From an uncultured virus (IMG/VR IMGVR_UViG_3300043006_000086) (taxonomy: Duplodnaviria; Heunggongvirae; Uroviricota; Caudoviricetes), in the IMG/VR virus record IMGVR_UViG_3300043006_000086, positions 1 to 64,000 of that record: DNA of 64,000 nt. One strand, 5' to 3'. The notes under the pieces were generated by a model. It saw nothing but the letters and a program-made list of their open reading frames with translations, searched no databases and had not been told where the DNA came from. The position numbers and the translations under genes were made by a program. Below are positions 34,483 through 44,300 of the stretch, in pieces. How positions within the stretch are numbered: the stretch's first letter is position 1; the number at the start of each line of letters is the position of its first letter.

Positions 34483-35070
34483 ATGGAAAAAGATACAAAA
34501 TTTAATGTTAAAAATAGAAGTGCCGGAATGGTTGTTTATAGACTTCCGGAATATAATATTCGTAGAGAGTTCGCGCCAGGTGAGACGAAAGTAATCACAT
34601 ATGATGAATTAGAAAAACTTTCATTCCAGCAGGGCGGTCGAGAGATGATGGCTAATTATCTCCAGATCCAGAGTGCTGAAGCAACAAAAGATTTAAATAT
34701 CTCAACAGAGCCAGAATATAATATGTCAGAAGAAGATGTTGTTAAACTTCTTTTGGAAGGCTCACTAGACTCTTTCCTTGATGCTTTAGATTTTGCGCCT
34801 ACTGGAGTAATTGACTTAATTAAACAGCTTTCAGTTAGCTTACCATTGAATGATATTCAGAAAAGACGAGCTCTTAAAGAAAAAACTGGTTTTGATGTAA
34901 ATGCAGCTCTTACACACGTTGAGGAAGAACTTGAAGATCAGATTGTATCTAATAATGAACAGCCTACAAGACGTGTAAAAGTTGAAGAAGAGCAGAAAGA
35001 AGAAGGTCGCAGAACAACTCTTCCTGAGTATAAAGTAACTCAGACAAAATCAGTAGCGACTGAACAGTAA
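34483..35070 (+). CDS. Hypothetical head-module protein
   Basis: ORF track; AAGGAG SD. Confidence 0.75.
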   Translation: MEKDTKFNVKNRSAGMVVYRLPEYNIRREFAPGETKVITYDELEKLSFQQGGREMMANYLQIQSAEATKDLNISTEPEYNMSEEDVVKLLLEGSLDSFLDALDFAPTGVIDLIKQLSVSLPLNDIQKRRALKEKTGFDVNAALTHVEEELEDQIVSNNEQPTRRVKVEEEQKEEGRRTTLPEYKVTQTKSVATEQ

Positions 35071-35091
35071 TTAAAGTAAGGAGAAAGAGTT

Positions 35092-35688
35092 ATGGAAGTA
35101 AAAGATCAAGGAACTAGATTTGCAACTATCTATAATCGCTTTCTTGGTAAAATTACTGATGATATGTATATGGAGTTGACCCCAGAAGATACTATTAGAG
35201 ATTTACAGAACCTCTTGGTAGATGCAATTCCAGGTTTCGAGTTTCCTAGAGTTGATTTGACAAATTATGAAATAAAAACAGAAATTATAAATGAAGCTGA
35301 TGCTAAACCAGGGGATTTTATTTTAGCTGTTTTATGGGGTGAACTTCCACAAGATGGCGAGATGGAAGCGCCAAATGCTTTAGTCGATAGATCTTCTTTT
35401 AAAATTACATTATCTTCAGAAGAGATTAATATTCTTGCACTACTTATGAAACAAGGTTGGGTTGAAAGACAAGTAGCGTCTATTGAAAATACTCGTATGA
35501 AATATACGGGATCAGATTTTAAAATGACTTCTCAAGCAAATCATTTATCTAAACTTATGAGTTTATTAAGTGAAGCACAAAGAGAATCATTTCATATGCA
35601 ACGTTTATATAAACGTAGAAAGCTTGGAGACGATGGAATTTATCGTTCTAACTGGTCTTCATTGAGAGAACGAAGTGCTCTTAAATAA
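35092..35688 (+). CDS. Putative head-tail adaptor / neck protein
   Basis: Position; helical. Confidence 0.55.
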   Translation: MEVKDQGTRFATIYNRFLGKITDDMYMELTPEDTIRDLQNLLVDAIPGFEFPRVDLTNYEIKTEIINEADAKPGDFILAVLWGELPQDGEMEAPNALVDRSSFKITLSSEEINILALLMKQGWVERQVASIENTRMKYTGSDFKMTSQANHLSKLMSLLSEAQRESFHMQRLYKRRKLGDDGIYRSNWSSLRERSALK

Positions 35689-35968
35689 ATATGGAATTGA
35701 TATTGAAGATGATGCAATAATTAAGAATGTTCGTCGTTTAACCAACCAATTATGGAAATTAATTCCTATGCGCGAACATGAAGAAGATTGGGAAAAACAG
35801 TTAGATACTGTTATTTTAGAGATTGTTGGACTTTATGAAATTTTACAAAGTCCAGCATTTTTACAATTATTAAGTAAATTAGAAGGATTGCGAGTTAAAG
35901 AGACAGAATTTGAGCTATACCGAAAAACAATTTTTGAATGTATAAATTTGATACAGGGGCTAATCTAA
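35675..35968 (+). CDS. Hypothetical protein
   Basis: ORF track; GTG start. Confidence 0.7.
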   Translation: MLLNKYGIDIEDDAIIKNVRRLTNQLWKLIPMREHEEDWEKQLDTVILEIVGLYEILQSPAFLQLLSKLEGLRVKETEFELYRKTIFECINLIQGLI

Positions 35969-37044
35969 TGACAGGATATGAAGAAAAAAGTCGTAATACT
36001 TCTTTAAATTTAATGGCTAAGCGATTGGGCGTTGAAGTAGATGATAAGAATCAAAAAAAGATTCAATCTATTACTAGTTCAAATCTAGTAGGGATTGAAA
36101 ATCAAGCAGTTTTATTAGGTATTAATGGTGGGTTTTCCCAACAAGATCGAATGATATATGATAAGAGGAGATCTCTTGATCGAGCTTTAAAATATTCTTA
36201 TCAAGCAGCTAATATAAAAGCTGATGTATCTGATAAACCTATTAGATGTTTGATTAATCCTGATAAATTGAAACAAGATTATGATGATAAAATCATATCT
36301 GTACATAAAGAGACTGGATTAAAACCTGGAGATATATTTGAATGGTTAGGGACTAATACTCATTGGCTTATATATTTACAGGATTTAACTGAATTAGCAT
36401 ACTTTAGAGGAGATATTAGAAGATGCTCCTATGAAATTGCATGGGAAGATGAAGATGGATATCATTCTACCTATGCGGCAGTTAAGGGTCCAGTAGAAAC
36501 AAAAATTAATTATATTCAAAAACATGATATCAGTATTGATACGCCGAATTATTCTTTAAATATATTACTTCCTAGGACGGAAGCAATATCAAAATATTTT
36601 AGAAGATATTCAAAGTTTTATTTACAAGGAACTGATGAGGGGTCTCCGCAAGTTTGTTGGAGAGTTGAAGCTACTGATTGGATTAGTACTCCTGGAATCC
36701 TTGAAGTAAATGCTGTTGAATATTATATTAATGAAACAGAAGATGATTTGGAAAAAGGGCTTGTTGGTGGATTAATAGTAAAACCTGAGTCACCTAATAC
36801 TGAAGCAGAAGAAATAATGATTTCTGGAGAGACATTCATTAAACCTAAAAGAACTTATGAATATACTTATTCTGGTCTTAATAATGGACAATGGAGTATT
36901 AATAAAAAGTATCCTATTACTTTAAAAGTAGATGAAAAAAATCCTTTAAAAGTTTATATAAAATGGAATAGTTCTTTTAGTGGAGAATTTGATCTTACTT
37001 TTGGTAATTTTACTAAAAAAATTATTGTAGAATCATTATTTTAA
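35968..37044 (+). CDS. Putative head-closure / neck protein
   Basis: TAATG coupling at 35968; LKPGDIFEW..THWLI beta-rich pattern. Confidence 0.55.
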   Translation: MTGYEEKSRNTSLNLMAKRLGVEVDDKNQKKIQSITSSNLVGIENQAVLLGINGGFSQQDRMIYDKRRSLDRALKYSYQAANIKADVSDKPIRCLINPDKLKQDYDDKIISVHKETGLKPGDIFEWLGTNTHWLIYLQDLTELAYFRGDIRRCSYEIAWEDEDGYHSTYAAVKGPVETKINYIQKHDISIDTPNYSLNILLPRTEAISKYFRRYSKFYLQGTDEGSPQVCWRVEATDWISTPGILEVNAVEYYINETEDDLEKGLVGGLIVKPESPNTEAEEIMISGETFIKPKRTYEYTYSGLNNGQWSINKKYPITLKVDEKNPLKVYIKWNSSFSGEFDLTFGNFTKKIIVESLF

Positions 37045-37069
37045 GAGATAAAGGAGAATAACTAAAAAA

Positions 37070-37657
37070 ATGAAGATTCAAAGATATAAAGAGCCAAAAT
37101 CAAGTTTTCTTTCAGTAGAGAAAGATATGGCATTGATCATGAATGAAATGTTAAAAGGAGAGCGTCTTAAAAGATTACTTTATTATAATACTAAAGATGC
37201 TATTAATAAACCAAATCTTTCTGAAGAGCAATCTTTTGAATTAATTGGAAAAAATATTAAAAATATTCCTAAGCTATATGTAGATGGGAGTGTTTTAAAT
37301 TATGTTATCATAAATTTTGATAATTTTACACCAAATGCTACAAATACAGAATTTAGAGATAATATTATTGAATTTGATATTATTTGTCATTTTGATCAAT
37401 GGAATTTACAAGATTTTCAACTTCGTCCATATAGGATTGCGGCTGAAATTGATTCAATGTTTGATAATAAACATTTAACTGGAATTGGAACCTTACAATT
37501 TTTAGGGGCAAATCAAATTATTCTTACGGATGAATATGCAGGATTTTGTTTAATGTACTCTGCAATTCATGGAGAAGAAGATAAAAGCCCAATGGCAAAT
37601 CCGAAAGATCAAGCTAATTTTGAGAAAGACTTTAAGGAACAATATCCTGTTGTTTAA
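37070..37657 (+). CDS. Putative tail completion / terminator protein
   Basis: Position; FDIICH...RPYRIAAEID. Confidence 0.5.
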   Translation: MKIQRYKEPKSSFLSVEKDMALIMNEMLKGERLKRLLYYNTKDAINKPNLSEEQSFELIGKNIKNIPKLYVDGSVLNYVIINFDNFTPNATNTEFRDNIIEFDIICHFDQWNLQDFQLRPYRIAAEIDSMFDNKHLTGIGTLQFLGANQIILTDEYAGFCLMYSAIHGEEDKSPMANPKDQANFEKDFKEQYPVV

Positions 37658-37661
37658 TTAA

Positions 37662-38384
37662 ATGGATATTAGATTAGCTTTATTAACTGGAGTAGATATA
37701 CCAGTTCCAGAATGCCAAATTGCAATTCATCAACCAACTATTAAAGAAATTTCTATGATAGGAGAAAATGATTTTTTTGTTGGCGTACAATGTCTTTGTC
37801 TATATAAAAGCATGTTCATAGAGGACAAAAATGTTCTAGATGAAGTAAATAATTTTCAGATATTTATGACAGTAGTGATGAGTAAAGAAGAGAAAGAGAA
37901 AATGATTAGTGTTATACAAGTTTTATCTATTCTTTTTCCTGGTTTTAAGGCTCTTTTTACTCCACGTTCATTAATACTCCAAAAAGGAGAAACCGCAGTT
38001 ACTATTGATGAATCGAATTTTGAGATTCTTCAAGATTATCTTAGACAAATCTTTTGTTCCAATAGTGGATCAATGGATCAACAAGCTTTTAATCCTGCTG
38101 ATGAAAAAGCTAGAGAAATTGCGGAAAAATTAATGAGAGGTCGTCAAAGAGTTGCCGCTCAAAAAGGTGGCTCTAATTCTAGCGTGTTTAGTAAGTATCT
38201 TTCTATTCTTTCTGTTGGATTGCCAATGTCTATGGCTGAGTTAACCAACTTAACTATGTTTCAAATATATGATCTTATGGAAAGATATTCACTATATACT
38301 AATTGGGATATAGATATCCGCACACGACTTGCGGGCGGAAAACCTGATTCTCAGCCCGACAACTGGATGAAAGATATCCATTAA
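37662..38384 (+). CDS. Hypothetical tail-module protein
   Basis: ORF track. Confidence 0.7.
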   Translation: MDIRLALLTGVDIPVPECQIAIHQPTIKEISMIGENDFFVGVQCLCLYKSMFIEDKNVLDEVNNFQIFMTVVMSKEEKEKMISVIQVLSILFPGFKALFTPRSLILQKGETAVTIDESNFEILQDYLRQIFCSNSGSMDQQAFNPADEKAREIAEKLMRGRQRVAAQKGGSNSSVFSKYLSILSVGLPMSMAELTNLTMFQIYDLMERYSLYTNWDIDIRTRLAGGKPDSQPDNWMKDIH

Positions 38385-38408
38385 AAAAAACAAGGAGGAA
38401 TATACACT

Positions 38409-39413
38409 ATGAAGTTTGGTGTTCGTGAAATTTGCGATGTTGTTTTAAAAGCTAAAGCAGCAACTAAGATTGGTAATAAAATCTTCTATGCAAATGAACC
38501 TGTTATCTACTTTGATACCTTGAAGACTTCCAGTATGGAAGGTGCTGCTACAACAGTATATGCTCAAGGTGGACGTGGTAACTCTCGTTTGGTTGCATGG
38601 GAAGGTGAGCGTACAGTAACCTTCACTATGGAGGATGCGCTTATCTCTCCAGAAGGATTTATGATTCTGTCTGGTGCAGGACTTATCGAAGCTTCTGATA
38701 GCAAACCAGTTTATCAGCACGTAACTGAAACCATTGATGGAAATGTGGTTACTGTTGAAAGTGATGGAACTCAGGATGTAACTGTTTACATTCCACTTTC
38801 AAATCAGCCATATCTTCCAAGTGATAAAAATGGTAACTATGCTTATGTAATGTTTATGAAAGATGGAGACATCATTTCAGAACCTTATATTCCAGAGCAT
38901 GGTAAAGAGCTTACTGTAGATGAAGATGGAAATTATGTAATTAAAGTTAATTATCATGATTGCTATGATTCTTCTGAGGAAGAAGGAAATAGTAAATATA
39001 TTATTTCTGGAGATGGTAATGTACCAGATATTACTACAGAGTTTGATAGCGTTCTTGTTGATTATTATGTAGAGCGTCAAAGTGATGCACAGCAGATTGA
39101 AATTACCGCAGATAAATTTGGTGGTAACTATTATCTTGAAGCTTCTACTCTATTCAGAGATCAGAATGGTGTAGACTTACCAGCAGAATTTATTATTCCT
39201 AACTGCAAGATTCAGTCTAACTTTACATTTACTATGGCATCTTCTGGAGATCCAAGTACATTCACATTTACTATGGATGCATTCCCAGATTATACAAGAT
39301 TCGATCATAGTAAAAAAGTATTAGCAGCTATTCAGATTATTAAAGATGGTAGAAGTCAGGATCTTCACCGTCATAGTACTTCTCATGAAGTTGCACATGA
39401 GGCATTGCTATAA
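38409..39413 (+). CDS. Major tail (tube) protein
   Basis: GGRGN..L..W.GE, FTFTMASSGDPSTFTFTMDA motif; terminator follows. Confidence 0.75.
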   Translation: MKFGVREICDVVLKAKAATKIGNKIFYANEPVIYFDTLKTSSMEGAATTVYAQGGRGNSRLVAWEGERTVTFTMEDALISPEGFMILSGAGLIEASDSKPVYQHVTETIDGNVVTVESDGTQDVTVYIPLSNQPYLPSDKNGNYAYVMFMKDGDIISEPYIPEHGKELTVDEDGNYVIKVNYHDCYDSSEEEGNSKYIISGDGNVPDITTEFDSVLVDYYVERQSDAQQIEITADKFGGNYYLEASTLFRDQNGVDLPAEFIIPNCKIQSNFTFTMASSGDPSTFTFTMDAFPDYTRFDHSKKVLAAIQIIKDGRSQDLHRHSTSHEVAHEALL

Positions 39414-39431
39414 TTTAAAAAAAATAAACTT

Positions 39432-39461
39432 AGGGAAGGACATAAGTCCTTCCCTTATTTT
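39432..39461 (+). terminator. Intrinsic terminator
   Basis: GGGAAGGAC-ataa-GTCCTTCCC-TTATTTT. Confidence 0.85.
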
Positions 39462-39481
39462 GCGTTAAAGGAGAAAAAAGC

Positions 39482-40672
39482 ATGGGATTTGTTTGCGTGA
39501 TGTCCGAATCAATGGAACAAGTTGATAAGAATTATGAGGCTGCTCAAGGTGTTTATCAAGCAAAAAGAAAAAGCCTTTTAGAGCAGATTGAAAATCAAAG
39601 TCAACAATCCGGAGAGAGTTTTATAGAAAAGCTACAAGATAAATTTTCAGATAATATGAAACAAACAATAGTTAGCCCAGATTCTAAGAGATCTGTTAAA
39701 TACGAAACTATTATTAAACATATCTATAGAGCTGCCGAATTAAAAGGGAGAAGTATTATCGAAGATGTTGGTGGTAATCTTGATGAATTAAAAGAAGAAA
39801 TTCAAAAAATTAAACAAAGTACAGAAGGGGATATAGAAACTGAAAAAAAATTAATTGATAAAGAAATTGACAAAATAGTTTCTGAATATGCCACTAAAAT
39901 GGACATAAATCAAATTTTTAATAAATATCTTCCCCAGATTTTATCTGGCGAAAACCAGAAATTATCTGTAGCACAGGTATTGGCATATTGTAAATCAATA
40001 TTCAAAAGAGAAATCCAAAAGCAACTTAGTATGGAAAAAATCGATTCGGTTATAAAAAAAAGACCTGCTATTATTTTAGGATATATTAGAGAGGATATGC
40101 TATCTGATGCCGCAATAAAAGCGATAGATGAATGTAAAATAGAAAATGCAAGTGCTATGACTGTTGGATCTGAACAATCTATGATCGACGTATTAATTCC
40201 TATTACAGGTGGTGCCGCAAAAGCATCAGATGATAAAGAATTATTAGGCTCTATATTAAAAAAATTAGATGGAATTAAATCTTCAACTTTTGTTGTTGGA
40301 GAATCTAAATTTAATACAGATGAATTTTTAGGTATCCAGGTAAAACCTTGGAATTTATATAAGAAAACAACAAAGTGGAATCCAATGTCGCTTGGTAGTA
40401 GAACTGAATTATTAAATGATTATGCAAAATCACTGTCCGGTGAAACACCAGATGATGTTACTTCTTGGCATAAAGGAGTTATTTATTTAAGTGAAAACTT
40501 AACTAAAATGCTTGGTGAAAATACAGTAATGTATGTTACTGGAAATAATATTATTTGGACTGATAATTTATTATCAGATTTAGTAAATAAATATAATAAG
40601 TATTTTGCTTTTGGGGTTAATTCAAAAAATCAACTTACTTCTCATATTGTTTTAGCCGATCATTATGCTTAA
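39482..40672 (+). CDS. Hypothetical protein, possible PD-(D/E)XK-like C-terminal domain
   Basis: GYIRE ... IDVLI ... GIQVK motif order. Confidence 0.5.
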   Translation: MGFVCVMSESMEQVDKNYEAAQGVYQAKRKSLLEQIENQSQQSGESFIEKLQDKFSDNMKQTIVSPDSKRSVKYETIIKHIYRAAELKGRSIIEDVGGNLDELKEEIQKIKQSTEGDIETEKKLIDKEIDKIVSEYATKMDINQIFNKYLPQILSGENQKLSVAQVLAYCKSIFKREIQKQLSMEKIDSVIKKRPAIILGYIREDMLSDAAIKAIDECKIENASAMTVGSEQSMIDVLIPITGGAAKASDDKELLGSILKKLDGIKSSTFVVGESKFNTDEFLGIQVKPWNLYKKTTKWNPMSLGSRTELLNDYAKSLSGETPDDVTSWHKGVIYLSENLTKMLGENTVMYVTGNNIIWTDNLLSDLVNKYNKYFAFGVNSKNQLTSHIVLADHYA

Positions 40673-40677
40673 TTAAC

Positions 40678-40706
40678 TTGACAAAAGAAAAATTTTTTGG
40701 TACAAT
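40678..40706 (+). promoter_or_regulatory. sigmaA-like promoter inside the tail module
   Basis: TTGACA-N17-TACAAT with extended TG. Confidence 0.7.
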
Positions 40707-40739
40707 AATATTAAAAGAGAGATAAAGGAGGCTATATAA

Positions 40740-41267
40740 ATGGCAAAAGTTTCTTTTAGTAAATTGGGACTTAAAAAGAAAGATGATATTAAAATTGTAA
40801 AAATTAATGATGATATTGAAATTGAAGTAAAACAATATTTACCCATTAATGAAAAATTGATACTTATTTCTAATGTAATAAATGATTCTGCTGATGAAAA
40901 TAATTTTGCTAATCCATTAAAAATAATGTTATTTGCGTCATTACAAATTATTCAGTATTATACTAATTTAACTTTTACAGATAAACAAAGAGAAGATCCA
41001 GGAAAACTTTATGATTTATTATCATCAAATGAAGTTATTGATAAAATCATTGATGCTATTCCGCAAAAAGAATATGATTTTTTAATTGATGGCATTTATG
41101 ATAGCATTGATTCTGTTTATGATTATAGAAATTCAGTTCTTGGTATTTTAGAAACGATTAGTACCGATTATTCTAATTTAGATTTAGATGCTACAGAACT
41201 TCAAAAAAAAATGAACGATCCTAATTCACTTTCTTTATTGAAAGATGTATTAACCAAATTAGGCTAA
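40740..41267 (+). CDS. Putative tail assembly chaperone
   Basis: Directly upstream of the tape measure gene. Confidence 0.5.
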   Translation: MAKVSFSKLGLKKKDDIKIVKINDDIEIEVKQYLPINEKLILISNVINDSADENNFANPLKIMLFASLQIIQYYTNLTFTDKQREDPGKLYDLLSSNEVIDKIIDAIPQKEYDFLIDGIYDSIDSVYDYRNSVLGILETISTDYSNLDLDATELQKKMNDPNSLSLLKDVLTKLG

Positions 41268-41302
41268 TCCTATTATTAAAATTTTTATTTGTAATAGGAG
41301 TT

Positions 41303-41345
41303 AAGGGGAAAGAGTAGTTTAACTCTTTCCCTTATTTTTTTTTAT
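41303..41345 (+). terminator. Intrinsic terminator before the tape measure gene
   Basis: GGGAAAGAGT-agttta-ACTCTTTCCC plus long T run. Confidence 0.8.
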
Positions 41346-41396
41346 TTTGCAAAGTAAAAAATTAATATATAAAATGGAGAGAAAGGAGTAAAATAA

Positions 41397-44300
41397 ATGG
41401 CTCAACAATTAAATGTCAATTTAGCACTTACCGCAGATACGAGTAATGCTAAAGCTCAGTTACAGTCTTTACAAAAACAATTAACTGATTTAACTAAAAT
41501 AGCCAATAAAAGTACAGATCTTGGTTTCTCAAAAAGTATCAAAGAGTCTACAACTTTAATTGCTCAATTAAAAGCGCAATTAGATAGTGCTACAACATCA
41601 GCTGGAAATTTAGATTTAAGTAAATTTAATGACAGCTTAAAAAGTAGTAATACAACTATTACTCAATATAAAGATGCTTTAACTAATTTGGGACCGGAAG
41701 GCGAACAAGCCTTCGCGCAATTAGCAAACTCTGTAAATAATGCCGAAATTCCGATGAAAAGAGCAGGTAAATTATTAGATGATTTTGCAGTAACATTAAA
41801 GAATACTGCTAAGTGGCAAATTTCATCTGATATTATGCATGGATTTCAAGGTGCATTACAATCTGCTTTTGGATATGCGCAAGATTTAAATGAGTCTTTA
41901 ACAAATATTCAAATTGTTACAGGCCAAACAACTAGCCAAATGGCGCAATTTGCAGAACAAGCAAATAAAAGTGCTCAAGCATTAAGTACAACTACAACAG
42001 CTTACACTGATGCAGCTTTAATTTTCTATCAGCAAGGTTTAAGTGGCTCAGAAGTAACAGATAGAACTGATGTTGTTATTAAGATGGCTCAAGCTACTGG
42101 AGATTCAGCAACTGAAGTTTCTTCTTATATGACAGCTATCTGGAATAACTTTGATGATGGTTCTGAGTCTTTGGAACATTATAGTGATGTTATTACTGCA
42201 TTAGGTGCAGCAACCGCATCAAGTTCATCTGAAATCGCTGAAGGTCTTTCAAAATTCTCCTCAGTAGCAGAAACTGCCGGATTAAGTTATGAATATGCAA
42301 CATCTGCATTAGCTACTGTAGTAGCAAAAACAAGAGAATCAGCAGATACTGTTGGTAATGCTTTTAAAACTATTTTTGCTCGTATTCAAGACTTAGAATT
42401 AGGAGAAACCCTTGATGATGGAACTGATTTAGGAACTTATTCTCAAGCTCTTGAAAAAGTTGGTGTTGATATTAAAGATGCTAGTGGCGAGCTAAAAGAT
42501 ATGGATACCATTCTTGATGAATTAGGTGGAAAATGGAAAACATTATCTAATGATACTCAATTAGCAGTTGCGCAGGCTGTTGCAGGAACAAGACAATATA
42601 CTCAGTTAATGGCATTGATGAATAACTGGGATTATATGCAAGAAAATTTAGCTGTTGCGGAAGATTCAGAAGGAACTCTTGAAGAACAAGCAAGTACTTA
42701 TGCGGATTCTTGGGAAGCTGCTCAAAATAGAGTGACTGCGGCCGCAGAAGCAATTTATGACTCTTTAATTGATGATCAATTTTTTATTACTCTTGATAAC
42801 TTACTTGCAGATTTATTAAAAGGAGTAAATGATTTAATTAAAGGGCTTGGTGGTATTCCTGGAGTTCTTGGAACTATTGGGTCTATTGCAACAAATGTTT
42901 TTAGCAAACAGATTGCTTCTGGACTAAATAATGTTGCTTATGATATTAAAATGTTAACGAAATCTGGTAGAGAAGAAGTTGAAAATTTAAGAAAACAAGC
43001 TTCTACTTCTTTAATTTCATCTATAAGAGATAAAGCAACAAAATCAAGTGGTACGCAAGCTGATATTTATACAGCTGAAGCTGATGCTAAAAAAGCTTTA
43101 TATGAGTCTGCTGAAAAATTAAATGAAGTAGAACAAAAGACTGCTCAGAATTTAGCTGATCAAGTAACCGCTTTAAAAGAAGAGGCTCAAGCAAAAATAG
43201 ATATAGAAAAGGCCGCAACTTCAGATAGAAAACAAAATGAAAAAGCTATTGAAAATGTAGTGACGTCTAATGATACAAGCGGAGAGGGATCATCAATATT
43301 TTCAGCTTTTAAAGATACTACTTCAATTTATACTCAACAACAAAGTTATATAGATTCTTTAAATTCTCAATTACATAGTTTAGGAGAAAATGGTGTAGAA
43401 TCTATTCAAAATATTAAAGATGCCATGGATGGCTTTCAGGATAGACTTGAAACAGCGGGTATAAAGCTTGAAGAAATGCCAAAAGATTTTCAAGAACTCT
43501 ATAAGAAGGTGCAAGATTTTGTAAATAGCAATGGAACTACAGGATCTTTTGATGATATTTTAAAGAATTTTGATGATGTTGCTTCTGGAATAGAGATAGA
43601 AATTGAAACTTTTGTTAATGAATTTAAAGATGAATTTGTTGAATCTTTAGGTCTTTCTGGGGAAGAAGCTGTAAAATGCAAAGATAAAATTGATGCTTTT
43701 GTAAAATCTCTTCAAAATGAAAAAACAGCACATTTAGATGTAGAAGACGCAGTTGTAATACAACAAAATGCAGTTAAAAACTTAAAAGATTATTTAACTC
43801 AAGCTAGAGATTCTTCTTTAAGCTTTGGAGAGACAATGACTTCAGCAGCTAGAGGTATTACTGCATTAACTTCAGAAATGAATGCTATTAAAGGATTAGG
43901 AGATGTTTTTACATCAGATGCTTCGGGATTAGATAAGTTTGTATCTATTGCATCAACAGCAGCTACAACTATTCCAACATTAATTTCTGGCCTTAAAGCT
44001 TTATCTGCTGTTGCGGGAGGTCCAGTTACAGCTATATTAGCAATTGGATCCGCTGTTATTGGAGTTTTTAAAGCAGTTAAAGAAGCTGAAGAAAATAATA
44101 TTTCAAAATTAGAAGAGCAAGCTGAAAAATCTAAAGAGATTGCTGATGAAGCTTATGAGCAAGCAACTCAAGATAAAGAAGTTTTAAAAACTTATCAAGA
44201 CGCTTTAACGGCTTATGATAAAGTATCTGGAGATGGAAAAGAAGCTTTAGTAGAAGCTTCTCAAGCTGTAACTGAAGCTTATGAAATTGAAAATGCTCAA

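Noticed and set aside
41200..41267. Programmed -1 frameshift at the A9 run in the putative tail chaperone
   Set aside because: The -1 frame reaches TAA within four codons and no second ORF lies before the tape measure gene
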